Source of the DNA: Torpedo marmorata | Taxonomy: Eukaryota | DNA: 64,000 nucleotides | Assembly: GCA_977017645.1 (NCBI GenBank) | Contig: OZ360233.1 | Location: forward strand, 21,328,001 to 21,392,000 | Direction: 5' to 3' | The notes under the pieces: generated by a model | What the model saw: the letters and a program-made list of their open reading frames with translations, nothing else | What the model was told of the DNA's origin: nothing | The model's database searches: none | Position numbers and translations under genes: made by a program | Shown here: positions 51,386 through 64,000 of the stretch, in pieces | How positions within the stretch are numbered: the first letter of the stretch is position 1 | How the letters are laid out: the number at the start of each line of letters is the position of its first letter

Positions 51386-51654
51386 GAGGGGGTGAATGCA
51401 TTTAATGGCAGGACTCTTAAAAGCATTAATGCGCAGAGAGAACTGGGGGCTCAAGTCGATAGATCATTGAAAGTGGCCACAGAAGGAGACATGGTGTTAA
51501 AGCAGGTATATCTTCTGCTGACCGTCAACATATGGGGCATTGAGTGTAAAATCAAGAAATACATGTTTCAGCTACATAAAACTTTGATTATGCTGCGCAC
51601 GGAATATTGTGTGCAATTTTGCTTACCTCATTACATTCAAGATATGTACGCTTT

Positions 51655-52130
51655 AATTTCACTTTAACACAGAATTTTTGTGTATTGCTTTAGCCGTTTC
51701 TAAGAAATGTATTGCCATTACATGGAAGTCGGATGTAGATTTAGGGTTGGAAAGATGGCATGCAGAATTGCGTTCATGTATACCACTTGAGAAAATTACT
51801 TATAATTTACGTGATAACTATCATTTCTTTTTGAAAGTATGGAGCCCATATATAAAAACTGTTGGTTTAAGGATTTGAAGATCTCTGGACGTCGGATCTG
51901 GCTGGCGAACCTATCCTCCACAATAAAATCAGTTTATAGTTGTTCTTTTTAGATTGACATTCTCCTTACTCTATTTTTTTCTTCCTCTTTCTTTCTTTTC
52001 GGGAGGGTTAGGGAGGGGAGGGAGGGAGGGAGGGAGGGGGTGAAAATGTATCACATGTAATTTGAGAAATTTGCATTTTAAACTGTGCACTCTGTGATTT
52101 AAAAATTTTAAATAAAATATTTTTTTAAAA
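51655..52130 (+). mobile_element. 5'-truncated L1-clade LINE with 16-bp TSD
   Basis: CIALAVSKKCIAITWKS…CIPLEKITYNLR…KVWSPY; TSD AAGATATGTACGCTTT at 51639-51654 and 52131-52146. Confidence 0.88.
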
Positions 52131-54889
52131 AAGATATGTACGCTTTGTTTTGCAGAAGAAATTTACCAGGACTGTACCTGGGTTAGAGAGTCTGAACAAT
52201 GAGAAGAGATTGGAGAAACTTTGGTTGTTTTCCCTGGAGCGTCGGAGGCTGGGGTGTGTCTTGATAGAAGTTTATATAATTATGAAATACACTGATATGG
52301 TCGACAGACAGAAACTTTCCCAGTGTATATAAACATGTCACCCACTAGCGGACATGCGTTTAAGATGGGCGGCTGTGTAGTTCAAAGAAAATGTGCAGGG
52401 AAAGTTTTTTTACATGGAGAGTGATAGGTCACTGCAACAATCTGCCAGGTGTAGTGATAGAAGCAGAAACAATAGAAACGACTGAGAGAGTTCGAGATGA
52501 ATGTGCTGTGAATGGGGCGATGTGTATCATGTGCAAGCAACAGTTATTTTTAGTTCGGAGCAGAAACGTGGGCCAAAGGGCATGTTTCTGTGCTGTTCTG
52601 TTTCATGTTCTATGTTCTCCCCCATCATTAACGGCAGACTAGTAGATCAGTAGGTCCTGTTTTCTCTCTTCTAGATAGTGGGGTCTAATTTACTACCTGC
52701 CAATCCGCATGAATAATTATGAATCCAGTGTACTCATTATGTCTCTGTACTATTTCTCAAAACTCTTAAATACAATCTTCTGTTCCTTGGTCCTTCCTTA
52801 ATAGGTAATGGCACAACAGTAATTAGTTCCGCTGTGGTCTTGCAGCTCGGACCAGCAGGTTCGATCTACAATGATAACCGGATCGTCCGGTATTTTATTT
52901 TTTATTTCCTTCTGTCATTTTGTACGGCTAATTTGTCAATGCAAATGACCACCGAGCGTAGGTTAATTGCAAAATAAACCAAAAAGAGGAGTCGATGAGT
53001 GAGGGGAGAACAGTTTTTGGGAAATACAGAGAGTGCGATTCGACTCAGGGGATTGCTCCCGGATAAAGAGCATCACCTCGACAGACGTTCAGTGTCGTCA
53101 TCATATGGTCGCACTGAACTGGCTGACGCAAGTTTTCTCAAAACGCATAGATGCTGGAGGAGCTCAGCCGGCCTCGCGGCATCCATAGAAGGGAAAGATA
53201 TATTACCAACACACATTTGTTTTCTGGCCGGCTGCACTGATCACGTCGGCGTTGCCTCGATATTTGAAATATGAGCACCACCTAATGGCCGTCCCGTGTT
53301 ATTAAAATGAATTTCACGTTGAAGTGACAAGACCAAAGTTTCTTCTGTTTTAAAATTTACATACTTGCCTCTCCGTTTGTGCATATCAGGCGAGATTAAA
53401 TAGTTGGGGTCTGCTGCTTCCATTTACCTCTTTGGTCTCTTGCAGGCCAATGGTATTTTCCCATCCTGATTCAAACAAAATACAGCATTTTTTGAGTGAC
53501 GTGGAGACAAAAGCATTGATATGTATACAGGAACAGTGAAAGTGATAGATTCCGATACCAAAACCTTGCGTTGTAATGCAGTTTTAGCTCTGCATCATTC
53601 ATATTGTCAGATGATCGAACAGTCAAGGACAATCGGTCCGTCGAGGCAGTGACGGCTCTTTGAAAGATATATCCAGTTAGACCCATCCACGTTGCATCGA
53701 CGACACCTTGCAAATCTCTCCCTCTCTCCAGATATTCTTTTTAAAAAATCCCTCCCAGCCAGCCATTTTCCATCCAATAGCTGCCAACCTAAAGGAACAT
53801 TTCCCAGTTGCTCCTCCCGCTCTTTTCCGCATTAATTTATATCCGCGAGTTGGATTAGGAGGATATCTGTCTGGTTCGTTCGCATCAAAGTTGGCTTGAC
53901 AGAGCTACATTAAACTACGGGAGACAGTAAGATTAATAGTGCCACCATCCCGTGTTTAGGTGTGTTGTAAACAAGGGATGTCGGCTTTAAGTCAGAGGAC
54001 AGATTAAAGGGGATCTGATGGATATATGGGTCACAAAAAGAACAGCTTTTGTCTGGAATGATCTGCTGGAGAAGGTCGTAGATGCAAGAAAGTAACAACG
54101 GTTAAGAGACATCATGGCAGGGAACTTGGAGTTATCAAGTTCGTTTAATATCATCTGATTATACATGTATAAGCAGACGAAAGAGCATTCCTCCGGACCA
54201 CGGGGCACGCACGGACAGACGCACGGACACACAGAAACATACACACACACATACAATACACAGCACATAATAACCACATATATAGCATATATACATAAAT
54301 ATATAGTATAAATAAATAGGTATAATTATTACAGAATAATTTGCTCTTTTCATTTATATGAATACCAAGGTTACAGAATACTGTTCATCAATTTCACAGC
54401 CTGCGGGAACAACCTGTTTCCAAGCCGGGCAGTCCTGGTTTTGATGTTCCTGCACCATCTTCTTGATGGTAGTAGTAGATCAAAGATCATGTGTGATGGA
54501 CGGTAGGGATCCTCAATAATGTTTGGGCCCCCACCACCTACTCCGGCATCTACCACTCGCCTTTGCACCAGGGGAAATTTACAGTGGCGACGTAAGAGCC
54601 AGCGCGTCTTTATGGTGTGGAAGGAAATGGGAGCTACTGTGGAACCCATGCATTCCTATCGAGAACCTGAACGCTCCACGGGAATAACACCTAAAATCCG
54701 AGTCGAACCTCAGTCCATGAAGCTGTGAGACGGCGCTCTTCCCGCCGTGAAGTCCTGATTTATGGTAAGTTTTAAATTTGTTTATTTGTCACAAAGTGCT
54801 AATTACAGTAAGAAGAGCTATTTTGTGAACATACCAACGGTTAACATTTTATACAGCCGTGTAAAAGCGCAATTTACAGAGATTAGGAA

Positions 54890-55562
54890 AACAATTAGGA
54901 TAACAACTGAAAGTGGCGTCACAGGTAGATCGTGTTGTAAAGAGATCTGTTGGCATATTAGCCTTCATAAAACAAAGTATTGAGAACAGGAGTTGGGATG
55001 TTCTGGTAAAGTTGTAGAAGACATCGGTGAGGCCAAATTTGGGTATTGTGTGCAATTGTGGTCACGTAACTACAGGAAAGTTATCAATAAGATTGAAAGA
55101 GTGCAGAGTAGATTTATTGGGATGTTCCCGGCCTTCAGGAACTGAGTTTCAGGGAAAGGTTAAACAGGTTAGGACTTTTTCCCTGGAACGTATAAGAACG
55201 AGGGAATATTCGATAGAGGTATTTACAATTATGTGGGGTATACACATAATAAATGTAGGTCAGCGTTTTCCACTGAGGGTAGGTGAGATACAAACTAGAG
55301 GACATGGGTTAAGGGTGAAAGGGTAAAGGTTTAGGGGAACCTCTTCACACAGAGAGTGGTGGGAATGTGGAATGAGCTGCCAGGTGAATTGGTGAATGCG
55401 GCTCAATTTTAATATTTAAAAATAATTTGGACATGTGCATTGATTGGAGGGTTGTGAAGGCCTATGGACTGGGTGCAGGTTAGTGGGACTAAGCATAAAA
55501 ATAGTTGGGCACAGACTATAAGGGCCGAATGGCCTGTTTCCGTGCTGTAATATTCTACGGTT
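54890..55562 (+). mobile_element. CR1 LINE 3' fragment
   Basis: gtggcgtcacaggtagat…RFPLRVGEIQTRGHGLRVKG…ggcctgtttccgtgctgta. Confidence 0.75.
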
Positions 55563-55757
55563 ATAATAGAAGGCAAGATCAGTGAGCACAGCTAGGGGCA
55601 GAAATGTGGCCCTGTTATGGGCTTCATTCAGGAGCCTGCAGGCTGCAGCGAAAAAGCTTCCTTCAGCCTGCTCTTCCGTGCGTTCACACTCGTAAGCCTT
55701 TTCCCCGATGGGAAGAGGAAAATTATAATGTGCCCGGGATATGATAGCTCTTTTAGT

Positions 55758-58700
55758 TGTTATACCATGACTGACCATTTGGACTATGGACGGTCAGCAG
55801 GAAGGATGAAGTATTTTGGAGTACACACTGGGACCAGGTACTGATACAGTTAACTTGCCCAGGACTTGGTGTACCCAGAGAGAGAGAGAGCAGAAAGAGA
55901 AAGGCTGTGGAAAAGATACTTTGTTGCACTTTTGCAAAAGCAGGTACAGACCTCTGCAAAAAAAGCAGACAGTTGGGAGTTGCAAAGGCTAGAGAACATA
56001 GCCAAATCCAGGCTTGTGCATCCCAGAGGAAAAGGCTGGAAGGATAGCACATGGCCTCCTGTCTCAGAGAAATTCTGAGGTAAAGCAACTTCTGTGGAGA
56101 ACAGGCGTGAGATCATCGAGACTAGCTGTGAGATCCAAGCACACGCCTCAATCAGTGGTATACTGATCTGAACTCGCAATCCTTATGAAAACACAAGAAG
56201 GGAACGTCATCAGAGAAGAAAACAAGTATTTGTAAGCATAAACAGTCATTGTCTCTCTCCAACGTTCATTCAGAAGTACTTCTACCAGCACACAGAGCTG
56301 AATTTGAAACCTGAACTTAGAGAGTGAATTTTGTGGACTGTATTATTCTTTTTTTTGACTGACTTGTTTTTATGACTGAACTGGGGTTTTTGGGGAAAGT
56401 TTTTCCATTTTTACATAAGGGTTGGGCACAGACTGTAATGGTCTGGGCTTTACACACACACACACACACACACCTTTTAGATAAGAATAGTGTTTATAGA
56501 CGTTTATAGTGTGGTTAATTGTTGTGACATTATATGTATAATTGTCTTTAATAAATATAACTTTCAATTTTACCCCTTTTGCATTGCGTCTTCTGTCGTT
56601 GCTGGTTTGATTTTGTAACAAAATTGGGGGCTCGTCCGGGATTTGGATCAAAATCCATCTTGGTAATTGGAGGAATCCCAGTTTGGTTTAAGACATTCCT
56701 CATGTAAAGCTAATTTGTAAAGCTAGTGTGTGTGTAACAAAAAACCAGCAACAATGGATGTAGGACATTATTTTGGAATTACCTGAACCTGATACTTTAA
56801 AAAAGGCGAAAAAGGAACAGTTAGTCGCTATAGCAACAAAGCTGGGCATTGCTTCTGTAAAATCATCTATGAAAAAGGCAGAGATTGGGAGAAAAATTAT
56901 CAGATACTATATAAAAGAAATAAAATTTGAGGAGAGCGTGTTAGAGCAGTTTCCCAAGGGTAACCCTTCTGAAAACATACAGTTGGAATTAAATAAATTG
57001 GAATTGGAGGCAGCCAGGGAACAAACGAAATTAGAATTGCAGGCAGCCAGGGAACAAAAGAAATTAGACACGGAATTGGAACAAAAGAATTTGGAGGCAG
57101 ACAGGGAACAAAAGAAATTGGAATTGGAACAAAAGAAATTAGACATGTAATTGGAACTAAAGAGACACGAGAACGATGAGAGAAATAGGAGATATATGCT
57201 GGAAAAGATAAAGTTGGAAAATGAGGGGAGACAGGAAGAGCACCAAGATCAAATTCGTCATCCAGTTGCGGGGTTTTGGCTAGTAGAGAAGTTAGGTTGG
57301 TTCCTCCATTTGAGGAGGCAGAACTAGGTAAGTACTTCCAACATTTTGAGAAGGTGGCTGTGAAATTAAAATGGCCACAAGACCAATGGTCTCTTATGTT
57401 ACAAAGTGTAATAAAAGGAAAAGCTCAGCAGGCTTATTCTACTCTTACCACGGAGCAAGCTGCTGATTATGAAACGGTGAAAAAGGCTATACTCCAGGCT
57501 TATGAGTTAGTTCCAGAGGCTTATAGACAGAAGTTTAGAAATTTTAAAAGATCAGCAACCCAATCTTACACAGAGTTTGCCTATGGAAAGTTGTATGTTT
57601 TGACAGGTGGTGCACATCTAAGGCAGTAAACAATGATTACAATCAATTGAGAGAATTGATAATAATCGAGGAGATAAAAAGGTGTGTTCCTGAGGATATT
57701 AAGGCATGCTTAGATGAAAAGGAGGTGAATACCTGGCAAAATTCAGCTAAGTTAGCAGATGAATATGCTTTAACCCATAAGCGTAAGTGGACGTCAGGTA
57801 GAATTTTCCAAAAGGTCACTGTGGATAATCAAAAGCAAGTGGAAAGTAAATTTGGAAGTGGTGTTAAGGAAAGGGATGGAGGAAAGTGGAAAAGGGAAAA
57901 CCATTCGGGTCCCATTTGCCACTGCAGTAGGAAGGCTGGTCATATGATAGCAAGCTGTCCAGTGTTGAAAAAGAAGAGAGAAAAGGATGCAACACCTAAT
58001 GCTTGTATTCAGAGTGAGAAGAGGCATAATACGCAGGAAGGAGATATATTTACTGACAAAGTTAAAGATGTATTTAAACATTTTGTGACTGATGGTTTTG
58101 TTTCAGTTAAGGCGGGATCAAAACAAGTTCCAGTGTTAATCTTGCGAGATCCTGGAGCTGCTCAGTCACTTGTGTTAGATAGTGTCTTGGAATTTTGTGA
58201 AGCTACTGACACCGGTGACATAATTTTAATTAAAGGAATTAGTGGTGAGGTTGAGTCCATTCCTTTGCACAAAATAGTATTGGACTCAGACTTGGTGGAA
58301 GGACCTGTTATAATAGGAGTGAGATCAGAGTTGCCAGTAGAAGGAGTCTCACTGTTGTTAGGCAATGACTTGGCCAAGGGTAAAGTAGTTCCTGCAGTGC
58401 AAATGACCACTACGCCAGTCATTGATAAGCCAGAGAAAGACTCTGATATTTATCCGGCATGTGCCATAACCAGGGCCATGTCTAAGAAAAATGTCACTGT
58501 AGAGAAGGCAGTGGAAAATAACTTGGTAAAAGAAAAAGACAGTGATAATCAAGAAAACCTGGAAAATGTTGGGCAATCTCCTATGTTACACCCATCCACT
58601 GATAAGACACCTAAATGCACAGATTTGTCACTATCCCGACAGGAGATAATAGCAAGGCAAAAGGACGATCCTGATCTTGCTGAGGTGAGGGATAGGGTTC

Positions 58701-61666
58701 TATCTGAAGAGGAGATTAAAAAGGTGCCAGTGGGTTATTATGAAACAGATGGGGTGTTGATGAAAACGTGGAGACAATGTGATGTTCCTGCCAATGACGA
58801 ATGGGCAGTCGTGCAGCAGGTTGTGATCCCTAAAGTATATAGGGATGCAATAATAACTTTGGCTCATACTACACCCTTAGGTGGTCACCTTGGGGTGAAG
58901 AAAACTATACGGAAGATAATGAAACAATTTTATTGGCCCAGTTTGAGAAGGGAGGTTGTAGGATTTTGCCGGGCCTGTCACACTTGTCAGGTGGTGGGTA
59001 AACCTAATCAGGGTCCACCGGTGGCACCCTTGCAACCTATCCCTGCTTTCAGTGAGCCTTTCTCGAGAGTTATTGTGGACTGTGTTGGCCCATTGCCCAA
59101 AACCAAAGCGGGGAATGAGCATGTGTCAACAATTATGTGTGCAGCCACCAGATTTCCAGAGGCCATTCCTCTGAGAAACATAAAAGCAAAGTCAATTGTA
59201 AAGGCTATGGTAAAGTTTTTCACCTTGGTAGGTTTGCCAAGGGAAATTCAATCAGATCTGGGCAGTAAATTCATGTCAGGCGTTATCCAATAAGTGGTTG
59301 ATGGACTGGGAGTTAAACAGATTGTATCCTCTGCGCACCATCCAGAAAGTCAAGGGGCCTTGGAGAGGTTCCATTCGACTTTGGAAAACATGATTAGAAC
59401 CTATTGTTGTGAGAAGGAAAAGGATTGGGATGAGGGGGTTCATTTGTTGTTATTTGCAGCGAGGCAGTCTGTCCAAGAATCACTTGGTTTTAGACCATTT
59501 GAGTTAGTTTTCGGACATGAGGTGAGAGGTCCTTTAAGATTATTAAAAGAACAGTGGATTAATAGTGATCTGCATTTAAATCTGTTAGATTATGTTTCAA
59601 AATTTAAGCATCGATTGCATAGGGCTTGTGAGATGGCAAAGGAGAATTTAAAGGCCACTCAACAGGGAATGAAGGTTTGGTATGATCGAAAGGCTAAGAT
59701 GAGAACTTTTAAACCTGGTGAGAACGTATTAGTTCTGTTTCCCATCCATTAAAATCCTCTTAGGGCTAGCTTTTCAGGACCCTATAGAGTTAAGTCAAAA
59801 TTTAATGATGTCACCTATGTCATAGAAACACCTAATCACAGACGAGACACACAGGTCTGTCATGTGAATATGATTAAGCCATATTTTGAACAGGTGCCAC
59901 ACAAAGGGCCTGAAAATTTACCAGAAGTACTGGTTATTGACAGGGGTAAGGAGGAGACAGATAAAACCAGTTTCAGAGAGGGTCATGGGACTGTTAATTC
60001 TCTGAGTTATGTTGTAGGACAGGGGGAGTTGGCGCCAATAGAGGCAAAGCTTGTGACTATTTCCGAGTTCCCTGATCCTACTAGTAAGAAAACTCTGAGG
60101 AGGTTCCTGGGAATGATTGGCTACTACCACAAGTTCTGTAAAAACTTTGCTGATCTTGCGCTCCCTCTCACAAATTTGCTTAGAAAGAAAGAAAAATTTG
60201 TACGGTCAACAGGTTGTCAGGAAGCATTTGTCAAATTGAAAGCCATGTTATGCCACCAACCTGTGCTTAAATCACCTAATTTAGAACAGCCGTTTTCTTT
60301 AGCCGTCGATGCCAGCGATGAAGCTGTGGGTGCGGTGCTGTTACAGAAGAAGAACGAAGAGAACATTGACCATTCGGTATCATACTTCTCAAAGAAGTTC
60401 AATGATCATCAAAGGAATTATTCAACCATAGAAAAAGTGTTGCTGGCTCTTGTGTTGGCAAAACAACACTTTGATGTGTATATCTGTACAGCTCAAAAAC
60501 CACTCATAGTGTATACTGACCATAATCCATTGGTTTTTCTTTGTAAAATGAAAAATAAGAGTCGACAGTTGTTAAATTGGAGTCTAATTTTGCAAGAATA
60601 TGATTTGGTAATCACACATATAAAAGGGAAAGATAATGTAATGGCTGATTGTCTTTCTAGATGTTAAACTTTATGAATGAAAATAGTTCATATTTTGTAT
60701 TTGTGGATGAACATTGCAGATTTTGTTTATATTGTGACACCTCAATTAATTTCCAAAATTTTGATCTTGCAGACCAAAATTTTCTTTGTGGGTGGGAGGT
60801 GTTATGGACCATGACTGACCATTTGGACTGTGGACGGTCAGCAGGAAGGATGAAGTATTTTGGACTACACACTGGGACCAAGAACTGAATGAGTTAGCTT
60901 TCCCAGGATTTGGTGTACCCAGAGAGAGAGAGAGAGAGAGTGAGCAGAGAGAGAAAGGCTGTGGAAAAGATACTTTGTTGCACTTTTGCAAAAGCAGGTG
61001 CAGACCTCTGCAAAAAGCAGACAGTTGGGAGTTGCAAAGGCTAGAGAACATAGCCAAATCCAGGCTTGTGCATCCCAGAGGAAAAGGCTGGAAGGATAGC
61101 ACATGGCCTCCTGTCTCAGAGAAATTCTGAGGTAAAGCAACTTCTGTGGAGAACAGGCGTGAGATCAGCGAGACTAGCTGTGAGATCCACGCACATGCCT
61201 CAGTCAGTGGTATACTGATCTGAACTCGTAATCCTTATGTAAATACAAGAAGGGAATGTTATCAGAGAAGAAAAACAAGTATTTGTAAGCATAAGCAGTC
61301 ATTGTCTCTCTCCAACGTTCATTCAGAAGTACTTCTACCAGCACACAGAGCTGAATTTGAAACCTGAACTTAGAGAGTGCATTTTTGTAGACTGTATTAT
61401 TCTTTTTTTTGACTGACTTGTTTTTATGACTGACCTGGGGTTTTTGGGGAACATTTTTCCATTTTTACATAAGGGTTGGGCACAGACTGTAATGGTCTGG
61501 GCTTTACACACACACACACCTTTTAGATAAGAATAGTGTTTATAGACGTTTATAGTGGGGTTAATTGTTGTGAAATGTTATGTTTAATTGTCTTTAATAA
61601 ATATAAATTTCAATTTTACCCCTTTTGCATTGCGTCTTCTGTCGTTGCTGGTTTGATTTTGTAACA
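55758..61666 (+). mobile_element. Gypsy (Gmr1-like) LTR retrotransposon, copy 2, non-autonomous
   Basis: LTRs 55758-56620 and 60800-61666 (TGTTA…TAACA); 4-bp TSD TAGT (55754-55757, 61667-61670); PBS TGGGGGCTCGTCCGGGAT 56625-56642 complementary to the tRNA-Pro 3' end; PPT 60790-60799; inserted in a Rex1-like remnant. Confidence 0.95.
56754..60667 (+). pseudogene. Disrupted gag-pol of Gypsy copy 2 (gag-PR-IN-[RT core missing]-RNase H)
   Basis: ORFs 56773-57150, 57276-57629, 57647-59293, 59294-59752 and 59864-60667 are collinear with copy 1; stops and frameshifts present. Confidence 0.87.
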
Positions 61667-62239
61667 TAGTATATTGGCTGCCTTTCCTTGTCAGTGGGAG
61701 ATGTATAAGGAGTGGGTGGTTCATTATCTTCGGAGCTGCATTCACTGCCTTCTGTCGCTTCTTCCGATCTTGAGCAAAACAGCTCCCATATCTCGTTATA
61801 ATCCATCCAGCAAATCGGCTTTCGATGTTGTACCTTTAGAAGTTGTTGACAGAAAGTGTAGAAATGCCGAACTTCCTCAGACTTATGCGATAGTAGAGGT
61901 TTTCTTAGTTGACAGAGGTGTCGGCTCTTCTCCGGGAAATTCGTCCATTTGTCTCCAACTTCACCCACACCTCCCCCACATTGCTCCGTCTGCTCCCTTT
62001 ACCCTCTCTCCCTTTTTACTTTCCATTTTGCCTCTCATTAAACCATTCTCACCTTTCCGCGGTCTCCTAACTCCACCTCCCCCTCATCAATCAGGCTCCT
62101 TTTGTCCGTTATCCGTCACCCCTCCTCGGTTCACCAATCGCTTACTGTCCCCCGTCTCCACCTCTCTATCTACATTGGCTATCTTCCATCTCCGCACATT
62201 GATGAAGGATCTCCACCTGAAACGCCGAGTCGATAAGCA

Positions 62240-63010
62240 GGAAAATATAGGTGCAAAATGGCAGATGAAATTTAAAGCAGACAGGTGAGAGGTGTTACGT
62301 TTTGGACGAACAAACCAGGGTAGATCTTGCACGGTAGACGGAAGGACCCTTCGAAGTCCGGCAGAACAGAGGATCTGGGAATGCATATACATAATTCTTT
62401 GAAAATGGCGTTACAAGTGTATGGGGTCAGAAAGAGACCTTTTTGTAGATATAATTTGATAAGTTATTGAATACAGAAGTTGGGATATTATGTTGAAATC
62501 GTAGCAAAAAACAGATTTGGTGCATTGTATGCAGTTTTAGACACCTACATGCCGAAATTATGTCAATAAGGTGGAAAGAGTTCAAAGAAATTTGCAAAGA
62601 TGGTGCCGGGACTTGAAGAGGTGAGTTACAGGGGAAGGTGGAAACTGTTAGGACTTCATTCCCTGGAACGTCGGAGAATGAGGGGAGAATTTATAGATGT
62701 CTACGAAGTTATGAGGGGTAGAGATTGGGTAAATGCAAGCAGGCTTTTTCCGCCGATGTTGGACAAGAATGAGAGGACATTGCTTAACGGTGAAAGGTAA
62801 AATGTTTAAATGGAACATGAAAGGGAACTTCTTCAGTCAGAGGGTGGTCAGAGTGAGGACCATGCTGCGAGTGGGATTGGTGGATTCGGCGAGAATGGAG
62901 GGTTATGGTCCGGGTTTCGGCTAATGGGACGAGGTTTGGGAAGAGGAAATTGTTATGCGCGTATTAGATGGGCCGGAGGGCCTGTTTCTGTCCCGTGGTG
63001 TTCTATGGTT
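62240..63010 (+). mobile_element. Degenerate CR1 LINE 3' fragment
   Basis: KWQMKF, LGLHSLERRRMRGEFIDVY motifs. Confidence 0.7.
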
Positions 63011-63054
63011 GTCGTTAAACTGCGTAAGTGGGTCAAGGATGGAATTTAAGGGGT

Positions 63055-63310
63055 ACCACTGTTGGCATTGTGGTTGGCGCAATGCCTTTACAGCGCCAGC
63101 GATTGGGACCGGGGTTCGAATCCCGCACTGTCTCTAAGGGGTTTGTAAGTTCTCCCTGTGTCTGCGTGGGCTTTCCTCGGGTGTTCCGATTTCCTCCCAC
63201 CGTTCGAAACGTACCTGGGGTGTAGGTTAATTGGGTGTAATTTAGGCGGCACGGACTCGTGGGCCGAAATAGCCTGTTACTGTGCTGTGTGTCTAAATTT
63301 TTTTTTTTTT
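63055..63310 (+). mobile_element. tRNA-derived SINE
   Basis: GGTTCGAATCCC B-box-like head, conserved body, …ctgtgctgtgtgtctaaattt tail. Confidence 0.85.
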
Positions 63311-64000
63311 AATTTAACGCAAACGTGTGCGAGGCTTGACACTTTGGTGGGTTACAGCAAGGATGGACTTGCAAGGTGAAAGGTGGGGCCCTAGAGAGTG
63401 TTGTAAAATAAAGGGACATTCATATACAGAAATATCGTTCCATGAATGTGGCAACAGATGAAGAGAGGAGGAAGATGTTTAGCGTGCTTGACATCATCTG
63501 CGAGGGAAATGAATACAAGGAGTAGGGACGTCCTATTGCAACTGTACAAGATGTTGGTGAGACTGCACTTGGACTATTGTACGCAGTTGTCATCGGCCGG
63601 CTATTGTAAAGCTATATTTAAGCTAAAATTAAAGCAGAATAAATTAGCGAGAAAATATCACTGAGACGAATAAGCTTGAATCATATGGAGAAGCTGGAGA
63701 GTTTGGGTCTTCTCTCTCTGGAACGCCGGAGGTTTAGGTGGCCCTAAGAGATGTCTATAAAATTATGATGGGAATAGATAATACAATAGTCAAAGTCATT
63801 TTTCCAAGGCAGAATAATTTTGAGGGCATAGCTTTAATATGAGGAGGAGATATTTTCTTCACATGCAGGGTAGTGGGTGCGTGGAACGAGCTGACAGAGC
63901 AAGAGGTAGAAGCAGGGGCAATTGTAATGTTGAAAAGCTATCGAGACACGTAAATAAGGTATGCACGTGCTGGAAATTACTGGAGGAACTCAGCAGCGAA

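Overview
Vertebrate genomic DNA, most likely from a cartilaginous fish (inferred from the CR1/SINE repeat landscape and the style of the receptor sequence). The window holds the 3' end of a T-cell receptor delta-type locus on the + strand. It has four J segments: one decayed pseudo-J, one with a defective RSS and an FGGR motif, and two canonical FGSG segments with 12-bp-spacer RSSs. A C gene follows: C-domain exon 22308-22622, hinge exon 23228-23284, TM/cytoplasmic exon 24924-25034 and a probable 3'UTR exon from 27687. The rest is mostly retroelements. Two ~5.9-kb Gmr1-like (integrase-before-RT) Gypsy LTR elements of one family lie in opposite orientations on either side of C-delta, and both lack the RT catalytic core. 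There are also many nested CR1 LINEs, L1, Tx1 and Rex1 fragments, tRNA-derived SINEs, a solo LTR, a 30x24-bp minisatellite and a 407-N assembly gap. Points worth a second look: two overlapping in-frame 12-RSSs on one J segment, a Myb/Runx/Ets/GATA cluster 3' of C-delta, head-to-head 'double-tailed' retro-insertions and hammerhead-ribozyme-like cores in short repeats. No V, D or J-alpha segment was recognised. All calls were made by eye without database searches.
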